The notes: generated by a model from the sequence alone, not told the origin. DNA of 64,000 nucleotides from Desulfosudaceae bacterium (GCA_963674745.2 CAXXDV010000001.1:832001-896000), one strand, 5' to 3'; shown: positions 20,216 through 30,431, counted from the stretch's first letter. Translations and numbers: made by a program.

Positions 20216-20737
20216 ATGAGACATTACGAGACCGTCTTTATTGCGGATCCGGACATTCCCGCCGACGTTCAAACCGATCTTTTCGACAAAGCCAGGACAC
20301 TTATCAGCGATAATGCCGGTGAACTAATCGAGTTTGATGAGTGGGGCAACAAACGCCTGGCTTATGAAATCCGCAAAAAACAGCGGGGGCATTATATCCG
20401 TCTGGATTACTGCGGCAGTGGGGATACGGTCAGCACCCTGGAAAACGCTTTCCGGATTGACGAACGGGTTTTAAAATTCATGACCATCCTGCTGAACGAA
20501 GACGCCGACCCCGAGCAGTTAAAAGCAGCGGTCGAAGCCAGTCAGCAGGCATCGGAGACCACGGAAGAAAAGGCCAGTGACGGCCCCGCCGAGACAGCAA
20601 CCGAAACCGTTGCCGAGACGGCAACCGAAAGCGCGGCCGAAGCCGCCGAAACACCGGACCAGGCCGAGCCGACGGAAGAAAAAGCGGATTCAGACCCGGT
20701 TGACCCGGCCGAGAGCAAAGAGGAACCCCAGGCCTGA
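20216..20737 (+). CDS. rpsF: 30S ribosomal protein S6 with long acidic tail
   Basis: MRHYETVFI, EWGNKRLAYEIRK, GHYIRL; AGGAGG RBS. Confidence 0.95.
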   Translation: MRHYETVFIADPDIPADVQTDLFDKARTLISDNAGELIEFDEWGNKRLAYEIRKKQRGHYIRLDYCGSGDTVSTLENAFRIDERVLKFMTILLNEDADPEQLKAAVEASQQASETTEEKASDGPAETATETVAETATESAAEAAETPDQAEPTEEKADSDPVDPAESKEEPQA

Positions 20738-20803
20738 TCGATGGGTGTCACCGCACCAGCACAAAAATCCGGTTAAACAACCATTTATATTGCAGGAGAA
20801 ATC

Positions 20804-21037
20804 ATGAGAAAAAAAGTATTCCACAGGCGAAAATACTGCCGCTTCTGCGCAGACAGCAGCCTTGTTATAAACTATAAAAACCCCAAGCCGCTTAAAGGCT
20901 TTCTGACGGAACGGGGTAAAATTATACCCAGACGTATTTCCGGAACATGCGCCAAACACCAGCGATACCTGGCGCGGGAAATCAAGCGGGCGCGAACGAT
21001 CGCACTGCTGCCCTATGTGGGTAACCCGAACGGTTAA
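20804..21037 (+). CDS. rpsR: 30S ribosomal protein S18 (Zn-binding C+ type)
   Basis: [37 protein letters not shown]. Confidence 0.97.
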   Translation: MRKKVFHRRKYCRFCADSSLVINYKNPKPLKGFLTERGKIIPRRISGTCAKHQRYLAREIKRARTIALLPYVGNPNG

Positions 21038-21096
21038 TGTCCGGCAGCTGCTTTAGCCCCTGTGGACAGAAAACGTTTAAAAAGGAGGCATTACCC

Positions 21097-22068
21097 GTGC
21101 CCCAGACCATGCCCAACCGCAGATCCAGAGACATCATCAACGGGGTGGCCATTTCCAGCCTTATTTTTCTGGTTTCCGGCTGGCTCCCTGTTCTCGGTTT
21201 TCTGGGGCTGCTGAGCCTGCCCCTGCCGATTTTTTATTACCGGGCCAAGCTGGGCAGGGCAAACGGTCTGATCATACTGGCCGCCGTATTTGCCATCATA
21301 GCAGCAGTTATCGGTGAATTTTCACCGGACTTGATGTTTATCGTCGGTATGCTGATGACGGGGTTTGTATTGTGCGAACTGGTGGAAAAAAACATGAGCG
21401 TGGAACGGACCGTGCTTTTCACCGGCGGTCTGGTGTTCTTTTTCGGCGCGCTGAGTCTTATTATATACAGCAACATGGCCGGCATCCAGCTGGGCACGCT
21501 GCTGTCCGCGTATGTCAAAAAGAACCTGGTACTTTCCCTGCAACTGTATCAAGAAGTGGGGATGCCGGCGGAAAAAGTTCAGTTGATTTCCGAATCCCTG
21601 GACATTATACAGTATTATCTGATTCGAATTTTGCCGGCGCTTTGCGGGGCCTTTCTGCTGATTGTCACCTGGATTACGCTGCTGGGGGCCCGACTGATGC
21701 TGACCAGAAAAGGTGTCGGGTTTCCCGATTTCGGAAGACTGAACACCTGGCAGGCTCCGGAAATAATGGTCTGGGGTGTTATCGGCGGCGGTTGTCTCCT
21801 GTTGCTGCCGTCCACACCGGCCAAACTGATTGCCTTGAATGTGCTGATTCTGCTGTTGACGATTTATTTTTTTCACGGCATTGCCATTATTTCTTTCTTT
21901 TTTGAAAAAAAAGGATTGCCCAGGGCTTTGCGATTTTTGATCTACAGCATGATCGCCATGTGGAACCTGTTGCTGGTGTTTGTGGTTGGCCTGGGTTTTT
22001 TTGATACGTGGGCCGATTTCAGACGATTGAAACAACCAGAGACGCCTGACGGTGATCTGGAAGAATGA
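21097..22068 (+). CDS. YybS/DUF2232 membrane protein
   Basis: Polytopic; LGFFDTWADFRRL C-terminus; conserved position between rpsR and rplI; GTG after AGGAGG. Confidence 0.85.
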   Translation: MPQTMPNRRSRDIINGVAISSLIFLVSGWLPVLGFLGLLSLPLPIFYYRAKLGRANGLIILAAVFAIIAAVIGEFSPDLMFIVGMLMTGFVLCELVEKNMSVERTVLFTGGLVFFFGALSLIIYSNMAGIQLGTLLSAYVKKNLVLSLQLYQEVGMPAEKVQLISESLDIIQYYLIRILPALCGAFLLIVTWITLLGARLMLTRKGVGFPDFGRLNTWQAPEIMVWGVIGGGCLLLLPSTPAKLIALNVLILLLTIYFFHGIAIISFFFEKKGLPRALRFLIYSMIAMWNLLLVFVVGLGFFDTWADFRRLKQPETPDGDLEE

Positions 22069-22084
22069 TGATGGAGGTTATAAT

Positions 22085-22534
22085 ATGCAAGTAATTCTCA
22101 AAGAAACAATTGACACGCTGGGCATGGCCGGTACGGAAGTCAAAGTCGCCGACGGATACGCCCGCAACTATCTTTTCCCCAAAAACAAAGCGGTCGCCGC
22201 CACACCGGCCAACCGTAAAATCATGGAGCAGAACCGGCAGAAGATCGATCTTCAGATCGCCAAGGAAAAAGAGATCGCCAACCAGGCGGCCGAACGGCTG
22301 ACCGGTGTCGTCTGCCGGATAACCGCCAAGGCCCGGGCCGAAGGACGGCTCTACGGCTCCGTGTTACCGGGGGATATTGTCACCGCGCTGAGCGAGCAGG
22401 ACATAGAAGTGTCAAAACGGATGGTTATTCTCAAGGAGCCCATCAAAGAACTCGGGACTTACATGGTCGCCATCAACCTTTACAAGGATATTCATCCTGA
22501 AATCACGGTTGAGGTTGTTCCAGAAGAAGAATAA
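22085..22534 (+). CDS. rplI: 50S ribosomal protein L9
   Basis: MQVILKETIDTLG...VKVADGYARNYLFPK, GRLYGSV, PIKELG. Confidence 0.97.
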   Translation: MQVILKETIDTLGMAGTEVKVADGYARNYLFPKNKAVAATPANRKIMEQNRQKIDLQIAKEKEIANQAAERLTGVVCRITAKARAEGRLYGSVLPGDIVTALSEQDIEVSKRMVILKEPIKELGTYMVAINLYKDIHPEITVEVVPEEE

Positions 22535-22628
22535 TCTGATTTTTGACCAAAACCATTGCCCACATTCCGGTTAATCCGGGGTAAAGCGCGTGGTTCCAGG
22601 CATCCGGTTCAAAAGTGGTTGTTTAAAA

Positions 22629-24023
22629 ATGGCAAACGCACAAAAAAGCAAGTCCGGTTCGTCGAAAACGGCGGACCCCTGGCTCCATAAACTGCCGCCT
22701 CAGAATCTTGAAGCCGAGGAATCCGTTTTAAGCTCTATCCTGATTGATACGGATACCAACGCTCTGGATGACACAATTGAACTTCTGGTGCCGGAAGACT
22801 TTTATAAAACCGCGCATCAGAAAGTTTTCGCCGCCGTGCAGAGCCTGGCCGCAAAGAATGAGCCGGTTGACCTGATCACGGTTAAAAATCATTTGCTGGG
22901 AACCGGCCAACTGGAAGAAATCGGCGGCGCGTCCTTTCTGGCGGAACTGGTTGAGTCGGTGCCCTACGCCATCAACGTCCGTCATTATGCCACTATTATC
23001 AAAGATAAAGCGGTATTGCGCCGACTGATCGTAAACGCCGGCGAGATCGCCCGCAGGTGTTTTGAAAACCCGCCTGACGCCAAAAACGTTATCGACTTTG
23101 CCGAGCAGTCGGTTTTCGAGGTTGCCGAAGAAAAAACGACCCAGTTTTTTACGCAGCTGAATGAAATCATCGTAGAAAACATGGTCACCATTCAGGCCAA
23201 CCAGGGCAAATGGATCACCGGCGTGGCCAGCGGGTTTGATCGCCTGGACAACATGACGTCCGGTTTTCAGAAATCCGACCTGATCATCCTTGCCGCCCGG
23301 CCCAGTATGGGAAAAACAGCTTTTGCCTTGAATATTACCCGGAATGTGGCTGTTAACTACAAGGTGCCGGTAGCCTTTTTCTCCCTGGAAATGTCCAAAG
23401 AGCAATTGTCCATGCGTCTGCTGACATCCGAAGCCCGGGTCAACGCGTTTCACTTGAGAAGCGGACATATCAGCCGGGAGAATTGGGACAAAATTACCGA
23501 TGCGGCCAGCCTGCTCGATGAAGTACCGATCTATATTGATGACTCAGCCGGCCTGACGGTAATGGATATCAGGGCCAAAGCGCGCCGCATGAAAAAAGAC
23601 AAAGGCATCGGCCTGATTGTCATCGATTACCTTCAACTGATGCGGCCGACACGGGCCGGAGAACGGCGGGACCTGGAAGTTTCAGAAATGTCGCGCTCAT
23701 TAAAAGCACTGGCCAAAGAGCTTGACGTTCCCATTATCGTTCTGTCCCAGCTCAACCGGGCGCCGGAACAGAGCCATGACAAGCGCCCCATGCTTTCCCA
23801 TCTTCGCGAATCCGGCTCCCTGGAGCAGGATGCCGACGTGGTGCTGTTCATCTTCCGGGATGAAGTCTACAACAAAAATGAAGACAACACCAACCGGGGT
23901 ATCGCTGAAATCATTATCGGCAAACAGCGTAACGGCCCTATCGGGAAAGTGATGTTACAGTTCGAATCATCCTATACGCGATTTCAGAACCTGGCCACTG
24001 ATCAATACCCGGAAGAAACCTGA
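22629..24023 (+). CDS. dnaB: Replicative DNA helicase
   Basis: PPQNLEAEESVL, AARPSMGKT, FSLEMS, IDYLQL, LRESGSLEQDAD, KQRNGP; no intein. Confidence 0.97.
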   Translation: MANAQKSKSGSSKTADPWLHKLPPQNLEAEESVLSSILIDTDTNALDDTIELLVPEDFYKTAHQKVFAAVQSLAAKNEPVDLITVKNHLLGTGQLEEIGGASFLAELVESVPYAINVRHYATIIKDKAVLRRLIVNAGEIARRCFENPPDAKNVIDFAEQSVFEVAEEKTTQFFTQLNEIIVENMVTIQANQGKWITGVASGFDRLDNMTSGFQKSDLIILAARPSMGKTAFALNITRNVAVNYKVPVAFFSLEMSKEQLSMRLLTSEARVNAFHLRSGHISRENWDKITDAASLLDEVPIYIDDSAGLTVMDIRAKARRMKKDKGIGLIVIDYLQLMRPTRAGERRDLEVSEMSRSLKALAKELDVPIIVLSQLNRAPEQSHDKRPMLSHLRESGSLEQDADVVLFIFRDEVYNKNEDNTNRGIAEIIIGKQRNGPIGKVMLQFESSYTRFQNLATDQYPEET

Positions 24024-24043
24024 CCTGGATAGCTTAAACATCG

Positions 24044-25699
24044 ATGAAAAACAAGCTTGAAGGCAACATCTCCGGTCTCAAGGCCAATCAGACCCAACGT
24101 CTGAACAATCTTTTCCGGCGAAAAATCCCCTCGCAGTTTATTGTCACGCCCGAGCTTTCCCGGGAACTGATCGAGCTGTCCCTGGAGATCAAACGACAGA
24201 TCGGCCTGCTGGTGGACCGGCACGGCCGGGTGGTCGACGTCCTGGTCGGTGATCATAACAGTATCGTCATTCCCGATATCAGCCATTATCGAACCGCCCC
24301 CGGCCGTTTGCGGGGCATCAAATGCATCCATACCCATCCCGGTGGTGAACCGCTGACACGAGACGACCTGACGGACCTGGCGCTGTTGCGGCTGGATATG
24401 ATGGCGGTCATTGTCAGGGCGGAAAAACACGGCCTGTTCCAGGTTCATGCGGCGCACCTGCTTCCGGGTGAAACCACCGGAGAACCGTATAAGATACTGG
24501 ACCCGCTGCCGGCTGAAAGCCTGGATATCGACTGCGACAAACTGATCGCCGCCATTGAAGAGGAACTCCGCCAGTCCGTTCCGCTGCGTAAAGCCCAAAC
24601 AAAAAAAGAAAGGGCCATCCTGGTCAGCGTCACCACCGAACCCAGAAAAAAAGCCGAAGAATCTTTAAAAGAACTGACGGCACTGGCGGTCTCCGCCGGG
24701 CTTGATGTTGTCGCTACGGTCCTGCAGCAGAAAAAAACCGTTGATACCCGGTTCCTCATGGGACGGGGCAAGCTGAGCGAAATTGTCGTTCTGGCCCTTC
24801 AGCAGTCCGTTAACCTGCTGGTTTTCGACCAGGAGTTGAACCCTTCCCAGATTCGCTCCATCGCCGACCAGGTGGAACTTAACGTCATTGACAGAACCCA
24901 GCTGATTCTGGACATTTTCGCCCGCCGGGCCCGGTCGCGGGAGGGCAAATTACAGGTGGAGCATGCTCAGTTAAAATATCTGCTGCCGCGGCTGGCCACC
25001 AAAAATACGGCCATGTCCCGGCTGACCGGCGGTATCGGCGGCCGTGGTCCCGGAGAAACAAAACTGGAGATCAACCGCAGGCGGGTGCGTGAAAAGATTG
25101 CCCGCCTGGAAAAGGATCTGGCGGCCATATCCGGTCAGCGCCGGCAGCAAAGGACACTGAGGGGCAAGCGCGGCGTTCCGGTGGTATCGATTATCGGTTA
25201 CACCAACGCCGGCAAATCGACCCTGCTCAACACCCTTACCAGAAGCGATGTGGCGGCGGAAAACCGCCTTTTCATGACCCTCGACCCCTCCAGCCGCCGT
25301 TTGAAATTTCCAAGGGATATCGAAGTGATCATCACCGATACGGTGGGGTTTATCAGAAACCTGCCCAAAGAATTGATGGTGGCTTTCCGGGCCACACTCG
25401 AAGAACTGGAACAGGCCGACCTGTTCATACATGTCGTTGATATCAGTAACGAACAGCACAAACAGCAGATCAAAGCCGTAGACAAGATTCTGACCGAACT
25501 GTCGCTTGAGGATATCCCGGTGGTGTACGCCTTAAACAAACAGGACCGGGTAGATGCAGAGACCGCCCAACGCATTGCCGAGGCCATCGGCGGTATCACC
25601 ATTTCAGCCAACGATCAGACCACCCTGATGCCGTTTATCGAGGAAGTACAGGCACGTGTCGAACAGATTGCACGGACGAATGCCGTCCATAACCCGTAA
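24044..25699 (+). CDS. hflX: GTPase HflX, long form with N-terminal extension
   Basis: [45 protein letters not shown]. Confidence 0.95.
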   Translation: MKNKLEGNISGLKANQTQRLNNLFRRKIPSQFIVTPELSRELIELSLEIKRQIGLLVDRHGRVVDVLVGDHNSIVIPDISHYRTAPGRLRGIKCIHTHPGGEPLTRDDLTDLALLRLDMMAVIVRAEKHGLFQVHAAHLLPGETTGEPYKILDPLPAESLDIDCDKLIAAIEEELRQSVPLRKAQTKKERAILVSVTTEPRKKAEESLKELTALAVSAGLDVVATVLQQKKTVDTRFLMGRGKLSEIVVLALQQSVNLLVFDQELNPSQIRSIADQVELNVIDRTQLILDIFARRARSREGKLQVEHAQLKYLLPRLATKNTAMSRLTGGIGGRGPGETKLEINRRRVREKIARLEKDLAAISGQRRQQRTLRGKRGVPVVSIIGYTNAGKSTLLNTLTRSDVAAENRLFMTLDPSSRRLKFPRDIEVIITDTVGFIRNLPKELMVAFRATLEELEQADLFIHVVDISNEQHKQQIKAVDKILTELSLEDIPVVYALNKQDRVDAETAQRIAEAIGGITISANDQTTLMPFIEEVQARVEQIARTNAVHNP

Positions 25700-25820
25700 C
25701 CCGGATATGTCATCACCGATGAAACATCCGGAAATAAAACCGGAAAACCGCTTTATTGCCAATGACCGGGGATGTTTTATCGGTTGACAGAACGGGCCGG
25801 GAATGTCATTATAACATAAT

Positions 25821-26603
25821 ATGTCATTAGATCTTGAGTATGTGAAACGAGTGGGGATCGGGGCCGCCTGTAAAGGTGCCGCGGTACTCCGGTCCTATTT
25901 CAACCAGTCGTTTGAAATAAATCGAAAAGGAGAAAAGGATCTCGTCACCTCGGCCGACATTGCTTCCGAGGCCGCCATCATCGACGTGATCAACTACCGC
26001 TTCCCGGGTCACGCCATCCTGGCCGAAGAAAGTGGACAGACAGACGGTACCGGTGGATTAAAATGGATTATTGACCCTTTGGACGGAACCACCAACTTCG
26101 CCCATGGCATCGGTCAATATGCCGTTTCCATCGCCTTTGCCGTTGATGATGAAGTAGCGGCCGGCGTTGTTTTAAACCCGGAAACCGGCGAGCTTTTCAC
26201 GGCGGTCCGGGATAAGGCCGCGGAATTAAACGGCCGTCCCATCCGGGTCTCGGAAACAAAAACGGTAGCAGATGCTTTGCTGGTGACGGGTTTCCCCTAT
26301 GACTATAAAGACCATATGCGGTCTCTGGTGGGGCGTTTTGAAAAATGCCTGGCCGCGGCCCAGGGCATCCGGAGGCTGGGATCTGCCGCCCTGGATCTGT
26401 GTTATGTCGCCTGCGGCCGGTTTGACGGATTCTGGGAAGAGCGTTTAAAACCATGGGACACGGCGGCCGGCATGCTGATCGCACGCCAGGCCGGAGCGAA
26501 AGTAACGGATTTTTCAGGCCGCCCGTTTTCACCTGAAAAACAGGAATTACTGGCAACCAACAACGTCATTCATGATGCCATGCTGACGTTTTTAAAAGAA
26601 TAA
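25821..26603 (+). CDS. suhB: Inositol monophosphatase family protein
   Basis: WIIDPLDGTTNFAHG, RRLGSAALDLCYVACGRFDGFWE, PWDTAAG. Confidence 0.9.
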   Translation: MSLDLEYVKRVGIGAACKGAAVLRSYFNQSFEINRKGEKDLVTSADIASEAAIIDVINYRFPGHAILAEESGQTDGTGGLKWIIDPLDGTTNFAHGIGQYAVSIAFAVDDEVAAGVVLNPETGELFTAVRDKAAELNGRPIRVSETKTVADALLVTGFPYDYKDHMRSLVGRFEKCLAAAQGIRRLGSAALDLCYVACGRFDGFWEERLKPWDTAAGMLIARQAGAKVTDFSGRPFSPEKQELLATNNVIHDAMLTFLKE

Positions 26604-26613
26604 GAGGTTACCG

Positions 26614-26811
26614 ATGAGTAACACGACAGGCACAGGAAACAAAAAAGACGAACTGGGATGTGTCGGGCGGTTTGACCCCCATGACACATTCTGTTACCGG
26701 GAATGCCCCTTATCGGTGCGCTGTGTCATTGAACGCAACCGCAAGGACCGCCTGGAACAATTCATGGATTTTCTGGAACTGGAAGATATCGGGCCGGTCG
26801 ATTTACAATAA
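26614..26811 (+). CDS. Small hypothetical protein with four cysteines
   Basis: GAGG RBS; C-x10-C-x3-C-x5-C; fills the gap between suhB and the convergent gene. Confidence 0.6.
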   Translation: MSNTTGTGNKKDELGCVGRFDPHDTFCYRECPLSVRCVIERNRKDRLEQFMDFLELEDIGPVDLQ

Positions 26812-26817
26812 AAAGTT

Positions 26818-28206
26818 CTAATCTTTTTCCGGGAATATCTTGCCGGGATTCAGAATATTGTGCGGGTCAAAAACCGCTTTGATGTTTTTCATCAAGGCCA
26901 TTTCCACCGGCCCGATTTCTTTGGCCATATAAGCTGATTTGGAAGTACCCACGCCGTGTTCACCCGACAGGGTGCCGCCCAGGCGGATGGTATAATCAAA
27001 CAGCTCCTCGACCGCCTTCTCGGCCTTCTGCAGTTGCGCCCCGTCCTTCTTGTCGAGCATGATATTGACATGAATATTACCGTCACCGGCATGCCCGAAA
27101 CTGGCCGTGACCAGCCCGGTCTCGTTCCCGATCTGCCGGATCTTTTCAACCATGTCCGGGATGCGGTTTCTGGGCACCACAATGTCTTCATTGATTTTAT
27201 CCGGGCCGAATGCATAGAGCGCCGGAGAAATGGCTTTTCTGGCCCGCCAGAGCCGTTCTGCGGCCTCTTTGTCCTCCGCCCTGACAATATCAATGGCCCC
27301 CTTTTCGGTGCAGACCTGTTCCAGCCTGGCCAGCGCTTCGGTGTTTTCGGCCGGCGAACCGTCCACCTCAAGCAGCAGCATGGCGGCGGCACCGGCAGGT
27401 GGGCTGGATTCCAGTGTATTTTCAACACAGCGAATGGAATTATTATCCATGAATTCGATGGTCCTGGGAATGATACCCTTTTTGATCACCAGCGACACGG
27501 TTTCGGCCGCTGCCCGCATGTCGCTGAACACCGCCGTCATGGTTCGGACTTCTTCCGGCAGGGGCAGCAGCCGCAGCGTCATTTCGACAATAATCCCCAG
27601 TGTGCCTTCAGAGCCCGTAATCAGGCGTGTCAGGTCATAACCGACCACGCCTTTGGCGGTCGCCACCCCGGTTTGAATGATGTCACCCGAGGGCAGCACG
27701 ACCGTCAGCCCCAGCACGTAGTCCCGGGTAACGCCGTATTTGACGGCACGCGGGCCACCGGCACATTCGGCGACATTCCCGCCCAGGGTGGAAAACGCCG
27801 AGCTGGCCGGATCCGGTGGATAAAAAAGGCCGACTTTCTCGACGGCCGCATGGAAATCGCCGGTGATAACGCCCGGTTCGACCCGGGCCACCAGATTATC
27901 CCGGTCTATCGCCATAATCCGGTTCAACCGGCTGGTAACCAGGACCACTCCGCCGTTTACGGCCAGGGCACCGCCGGTCATGCCGGAGCCTGAACCGCGC
28001 GGTACAACGACGAATCTTTCTTTGGAAGCCAGTTTGAGGATTTCTGATATTTCGCTTTTGTCCCCCGGGAAAACAACGGCATCCGGGAGAAACTTTTGCG
28101 CGGTGGCGTCATAGGCATAACAGACCAGATCTTCTTTTTTTTGCGTGCAGTGGGCTTTTCCGGTGATCTGCCGCAATTTCTTAAAGGCCCTGGAAGATAA
28201 CGTCAT
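26818..28206 (-). CDS. FAD-linked oxidase, GlcD / D-lactate dehydrogenase family
   Basis: PRGSGSGMTGG, FYPPDPAS, GSEGTLG, GHAGDGNIH, SGEHGVG, ILNPGKIF. Confidence 0.9.
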   Translation of the reverse strand: MTLSSRAFKKLRQITGKAHCTQKKEDLVCYAYDATAQKFLPDAVVFPGDKSEISEILKLASKERFVVVPRGSGSGMTGGALAVNGGVVLVTSRLNRIMAIDRDNLVARVEPGVITGDFHAAVEKVGLFYPPDPASSAFSTLGGNVAECAGGPRAVKYGVTRDYVLGLTVVLPSGDIIQTGVATAKGVVGYDLTRLITGSEGTLGIIVEMTLRLLPLPEEVRTMTAVFSDMRAAAETVSLVIKKGIIPRTIEFMDNNSIRCVENTLESSPPAGAAAMLLLEVDGSPAENTEALARLEQVCTEKGAIDIVRAEDKEAAERLWRARKAISPALYAFGPDKINEDIVVPRNRIPDMVEKIRQIGNETGLVTASFGHAGDGNIHVNIMLDKKDGAQLQKAEKAVEELFDYTIRLGGTLSGEHGVGTSKSAYMAKEIGPVEMALMKNIKAVFDPHNILNPGKIFPEKD

Positions 28207-28244
28207 GGTGCCTTCATCTCTTTGATTGTTATGCCGGGCAACCT

Positions 28245-29639
28245 TTACAGTTTACCGTCTTCAATTTTTTTCGACAGCAGGTTGACCTCCTGCCGGGCTG
28301 ACGGTTTTGATTTCATGGCGCTTTCAACGCAGTTGACGGAATGAATGACGGTGGCGTGATACCGGTTATAACATCGCCCGATGGCCTTAAGGGAGTGGTC
28401 CGTGAACCGCCGGGACAGGAAAATCCCCACCTGCCGGGGCCAGGCGAGGCGCTGTTTCCGGGAACGCGAGATGAGATCTTTTTCCGGAACACCATATTCC
28501 TTGCAGATGAACTTTTTAATGGCATCAAGGGTGATCCGGCTCCGCGTAACGGCCATATGATTGACGATATCGACGGCCAGGTTCATGTCAACCGGAATGC
28601 CCAGAAGCGAGGATTTGGCGGCCACATTATGCAGACCGCTCTCCAGCTGCCGGACATCTTCGGCCAGGTTGTCGGCCAGATACTCCAGCACCTCACCCGG
28701 TATACGGTATCCATAAAGTTTTGCCTTTTTGCGAAGAATTCGAACCCGGGTCTTATAATCCGGTGCTTCCATGGCGGTGATCAGACCGGCCGTCAAGCGG
28801 GACTGCAAATGCTTGTTCAGTTTGGGGATATCTCCCGGCAGGCACTCTCCGGTAAACAGGACCTTCCTGTTCGCGTCCAGCATATAATCAACCACCATGG
28901 CCAGTTCGGTCTGTGTCCGCTCTCGTCCGGCCAGGGAGTGGATATCCTCGAGCAGCAGCATATCGCATCCGTTGCGGTATTTTTCCTTGAAACGGGTGAT
29001 GGTTTTGGTGCTGAAGGCATGCACCATTTCATTGGAAAAGTCATCCGCAGTAATGTAGTAAATCTTGTCACACCTGCCGACGGTCAGGACCTGATGCCCA
29101 AGGGCCTGGGTCAGGTGGCTTTTACCCATACCGGACCGGGCCGAAATAAAGAGGGATTGGTTCAAACATTTCTTTTTCATGCCCATGGATAAAACAGCCG
29201 AATAAGCAAAATCGTTGTTTTCCCCGACCACGAAGTTATCAAAGGTGAAATCTTTTTTCAGCATCCGGCCCGTGTTGGGGCGGACATGCATATTAGGCAA
29301 CGAAAGCTGCCTGTCTGAACTTGTTTTTCCGGCCTTTGCCGCTTTTTGAACCGGGCGCTGAGCGGATGGCAACAACGTCTTATCTGACACCCGGCCATTG
29401 CCGCCCGCGACTTCCAACGTCAGTGCGTAGGACTTTCCTGTGGCCATGTTTATTCTGGATTCCAGCAAGTCACGGAAATTTCCCTGTATCCATTTTTGGG
29501 AAAAACGATTGGGACAGCCCAGAACGACGGTGCCGTTATCGCAGCCCTTCAACTCCAGCGGTTCAATCCACATCATGTAGTTGTTAGAAGGGATATCTGC
29601 TTTTAGTTCAGACTTAACTTTTTCCCACACAGATTCCAT
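28245..29639 (-). CDS. dnaA: DnaA paralog (domains I, III and IV, divergent)
   Basis: MESVWEKVK...WIEPL, FTFDNFVVGENN, SGMGKSHL, LLLEDI, LQSRL, VRQLESGL, PRQVGIFLSR...IGR...HATVIHS. No adjacent dnaN. ATG at 29639. Confidence 0.85.
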   Translation of the reverse strand: MESVWEKVKSELKADIPSNNYMMWIEPLELKGCDNGTVVLGCPNRFSQKWIQGNFRDLLESRINMATGKSYALTLEVAGGNGRVSDKTLLPSAQRPVQKAAKAGKTSSDRQLSLPNMHVRPNTGRMLKKDFTFDNFVVGENNDFAYSAVLSMGMKKKCLNQSLFISARSGMGKSHLTQALGHQVLTVGRCDKIYYITADDFSNEMVHAFSTKTITRFKEKYRNGCDMLLLEDIHSLAGRERTQTELAMVVDYMLDANRKVLFTGECLPGDIPKLNKHLQSRLTAGLITAMEAPDYKTRVRILRKKAKLYGYRIPGEVLEYLADNLAEDVRQLESGLHNVAAKSSLLGIPVDMNLAVDIVNHMAVTRSRITLDAIKKFICKEYGVPEKDLISRSRKQRLAWPRQVGIFLSRRFTDHSLKAIGRCYNRYHATVIHSVNCVESAMKSKPSARQEVNLLSKKIEDGKL

Positions 29640-29753
29640 AAAACCAATATGCCCCAGACTCAAAAGATTAAAAAGGCGAAGCAGCTTCCCGAACAACTCA
29701 CGACCGGCAGCAAAAGCGCTAAAGAAGTCATCAATCGCACCGCACTATTTAAC

Positions 29754-29813
29754 CGTTAGCGAACAAATGCGTTAACGAAACGTTACCAGATCGTAAAAAA
29801 ATGATTAACAAAC
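29754..29813. repeat. 11-bp-periodic direct repeats upstream of the dnaA paralog
   Basis: CGTTAACGAAA (29770), CGTTACCAGAT (29781), CGTAAAAAAAT (29792), GATTAACAAAC (29803), plus CGTTAGCGAAC at 29754. Confidence 0.5.
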
Positions 29814-30315
29814 CCAAATAAATCAAGTGTTTTTCCAAAATATGACGATTATGAAGCCCCTCACCCCGAAATATTTATGTGTGATATACCTGATAGAGAT
29901 TGGCGTCAACCCGGAAAATAACCGGTTTTCAAAAGGTGAAACAGTGTTTACGTATTTCAACTATCTATTTGATATAAAAGAATTTTATTCTTTTTTTTCA
30001 GCCAACCCTCTCGAATCAGGGCATCTCTTTTTATCTCAAATTTTTTATACTTTTCAGGGTAGTTACCGGATTTCCCAAATTCCTAGGACAATAGTTAGCT
30101 TTTGTTTTCTCTTTTTTTCTTTAAATTTCGTCAAATTTCATTTTCAGCTAATGTTTTTAAAACTTTTTTCGCTTTATCGATTCCGGCTACGAAAAAACCG
30201 TAACTGCTTTCAACAGCTTGCGTCTTTTTATCGGCCCTGGACTTTTTTGCTGAACAAATCTGACAAAAAATTTTCACCGGCCATATAAAAAAATGCCTTC
30301 TTGTTTGTTTTTATA

Positions 30316-30344
30316 TTGACACCGCCTATCCAGATAAATATATT
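30316..30344 (+). promoter_or_regulatory. Sigma70 promoter of the tRNA operon, TTGACA-17-TATATT
   Basis: -35 at 30316-30321, -10 at 30339-30344, 11 nt before tRNA-Lys. Confidence 0.75.
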
Positions 30345-30355
30345 ATCCGGATTTA

Positions 30356-30431
30356 GGGCCGTTAACTCAGTCGGTAGAGTATCTGCCTTTTAAGCAGAGA
30401 GTCGTTGGTTCGAATCCAACACGGCCCACCA
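30356..30431 (+). tRNA. tRNA-Lys (anticodon TTT)
   Basis: 76-nt cloverleaf; acceptor GGGCCGT/ACGGCCC; anticodon arm TCTGC-CTTTTAA-GCAGA; GGTTCGAATCC; encoded CCA. Confidence 0.97.

Noticed and set aside
25694..25790. Integron attC site after hflX
   Set aside because: TAAC and GTT are present, but the R/L box spacing does not fit, the flanks are core genes and there is no integrase.
29700..30350. Canonical oriC, or the ORF 29827-30288
   Set aside because: I see no cluster of TTATCCACA boxes, and the ORF is Phe-rich low-complexity translation of AT-rich DNA. A non-canonical role is kept as a finding.
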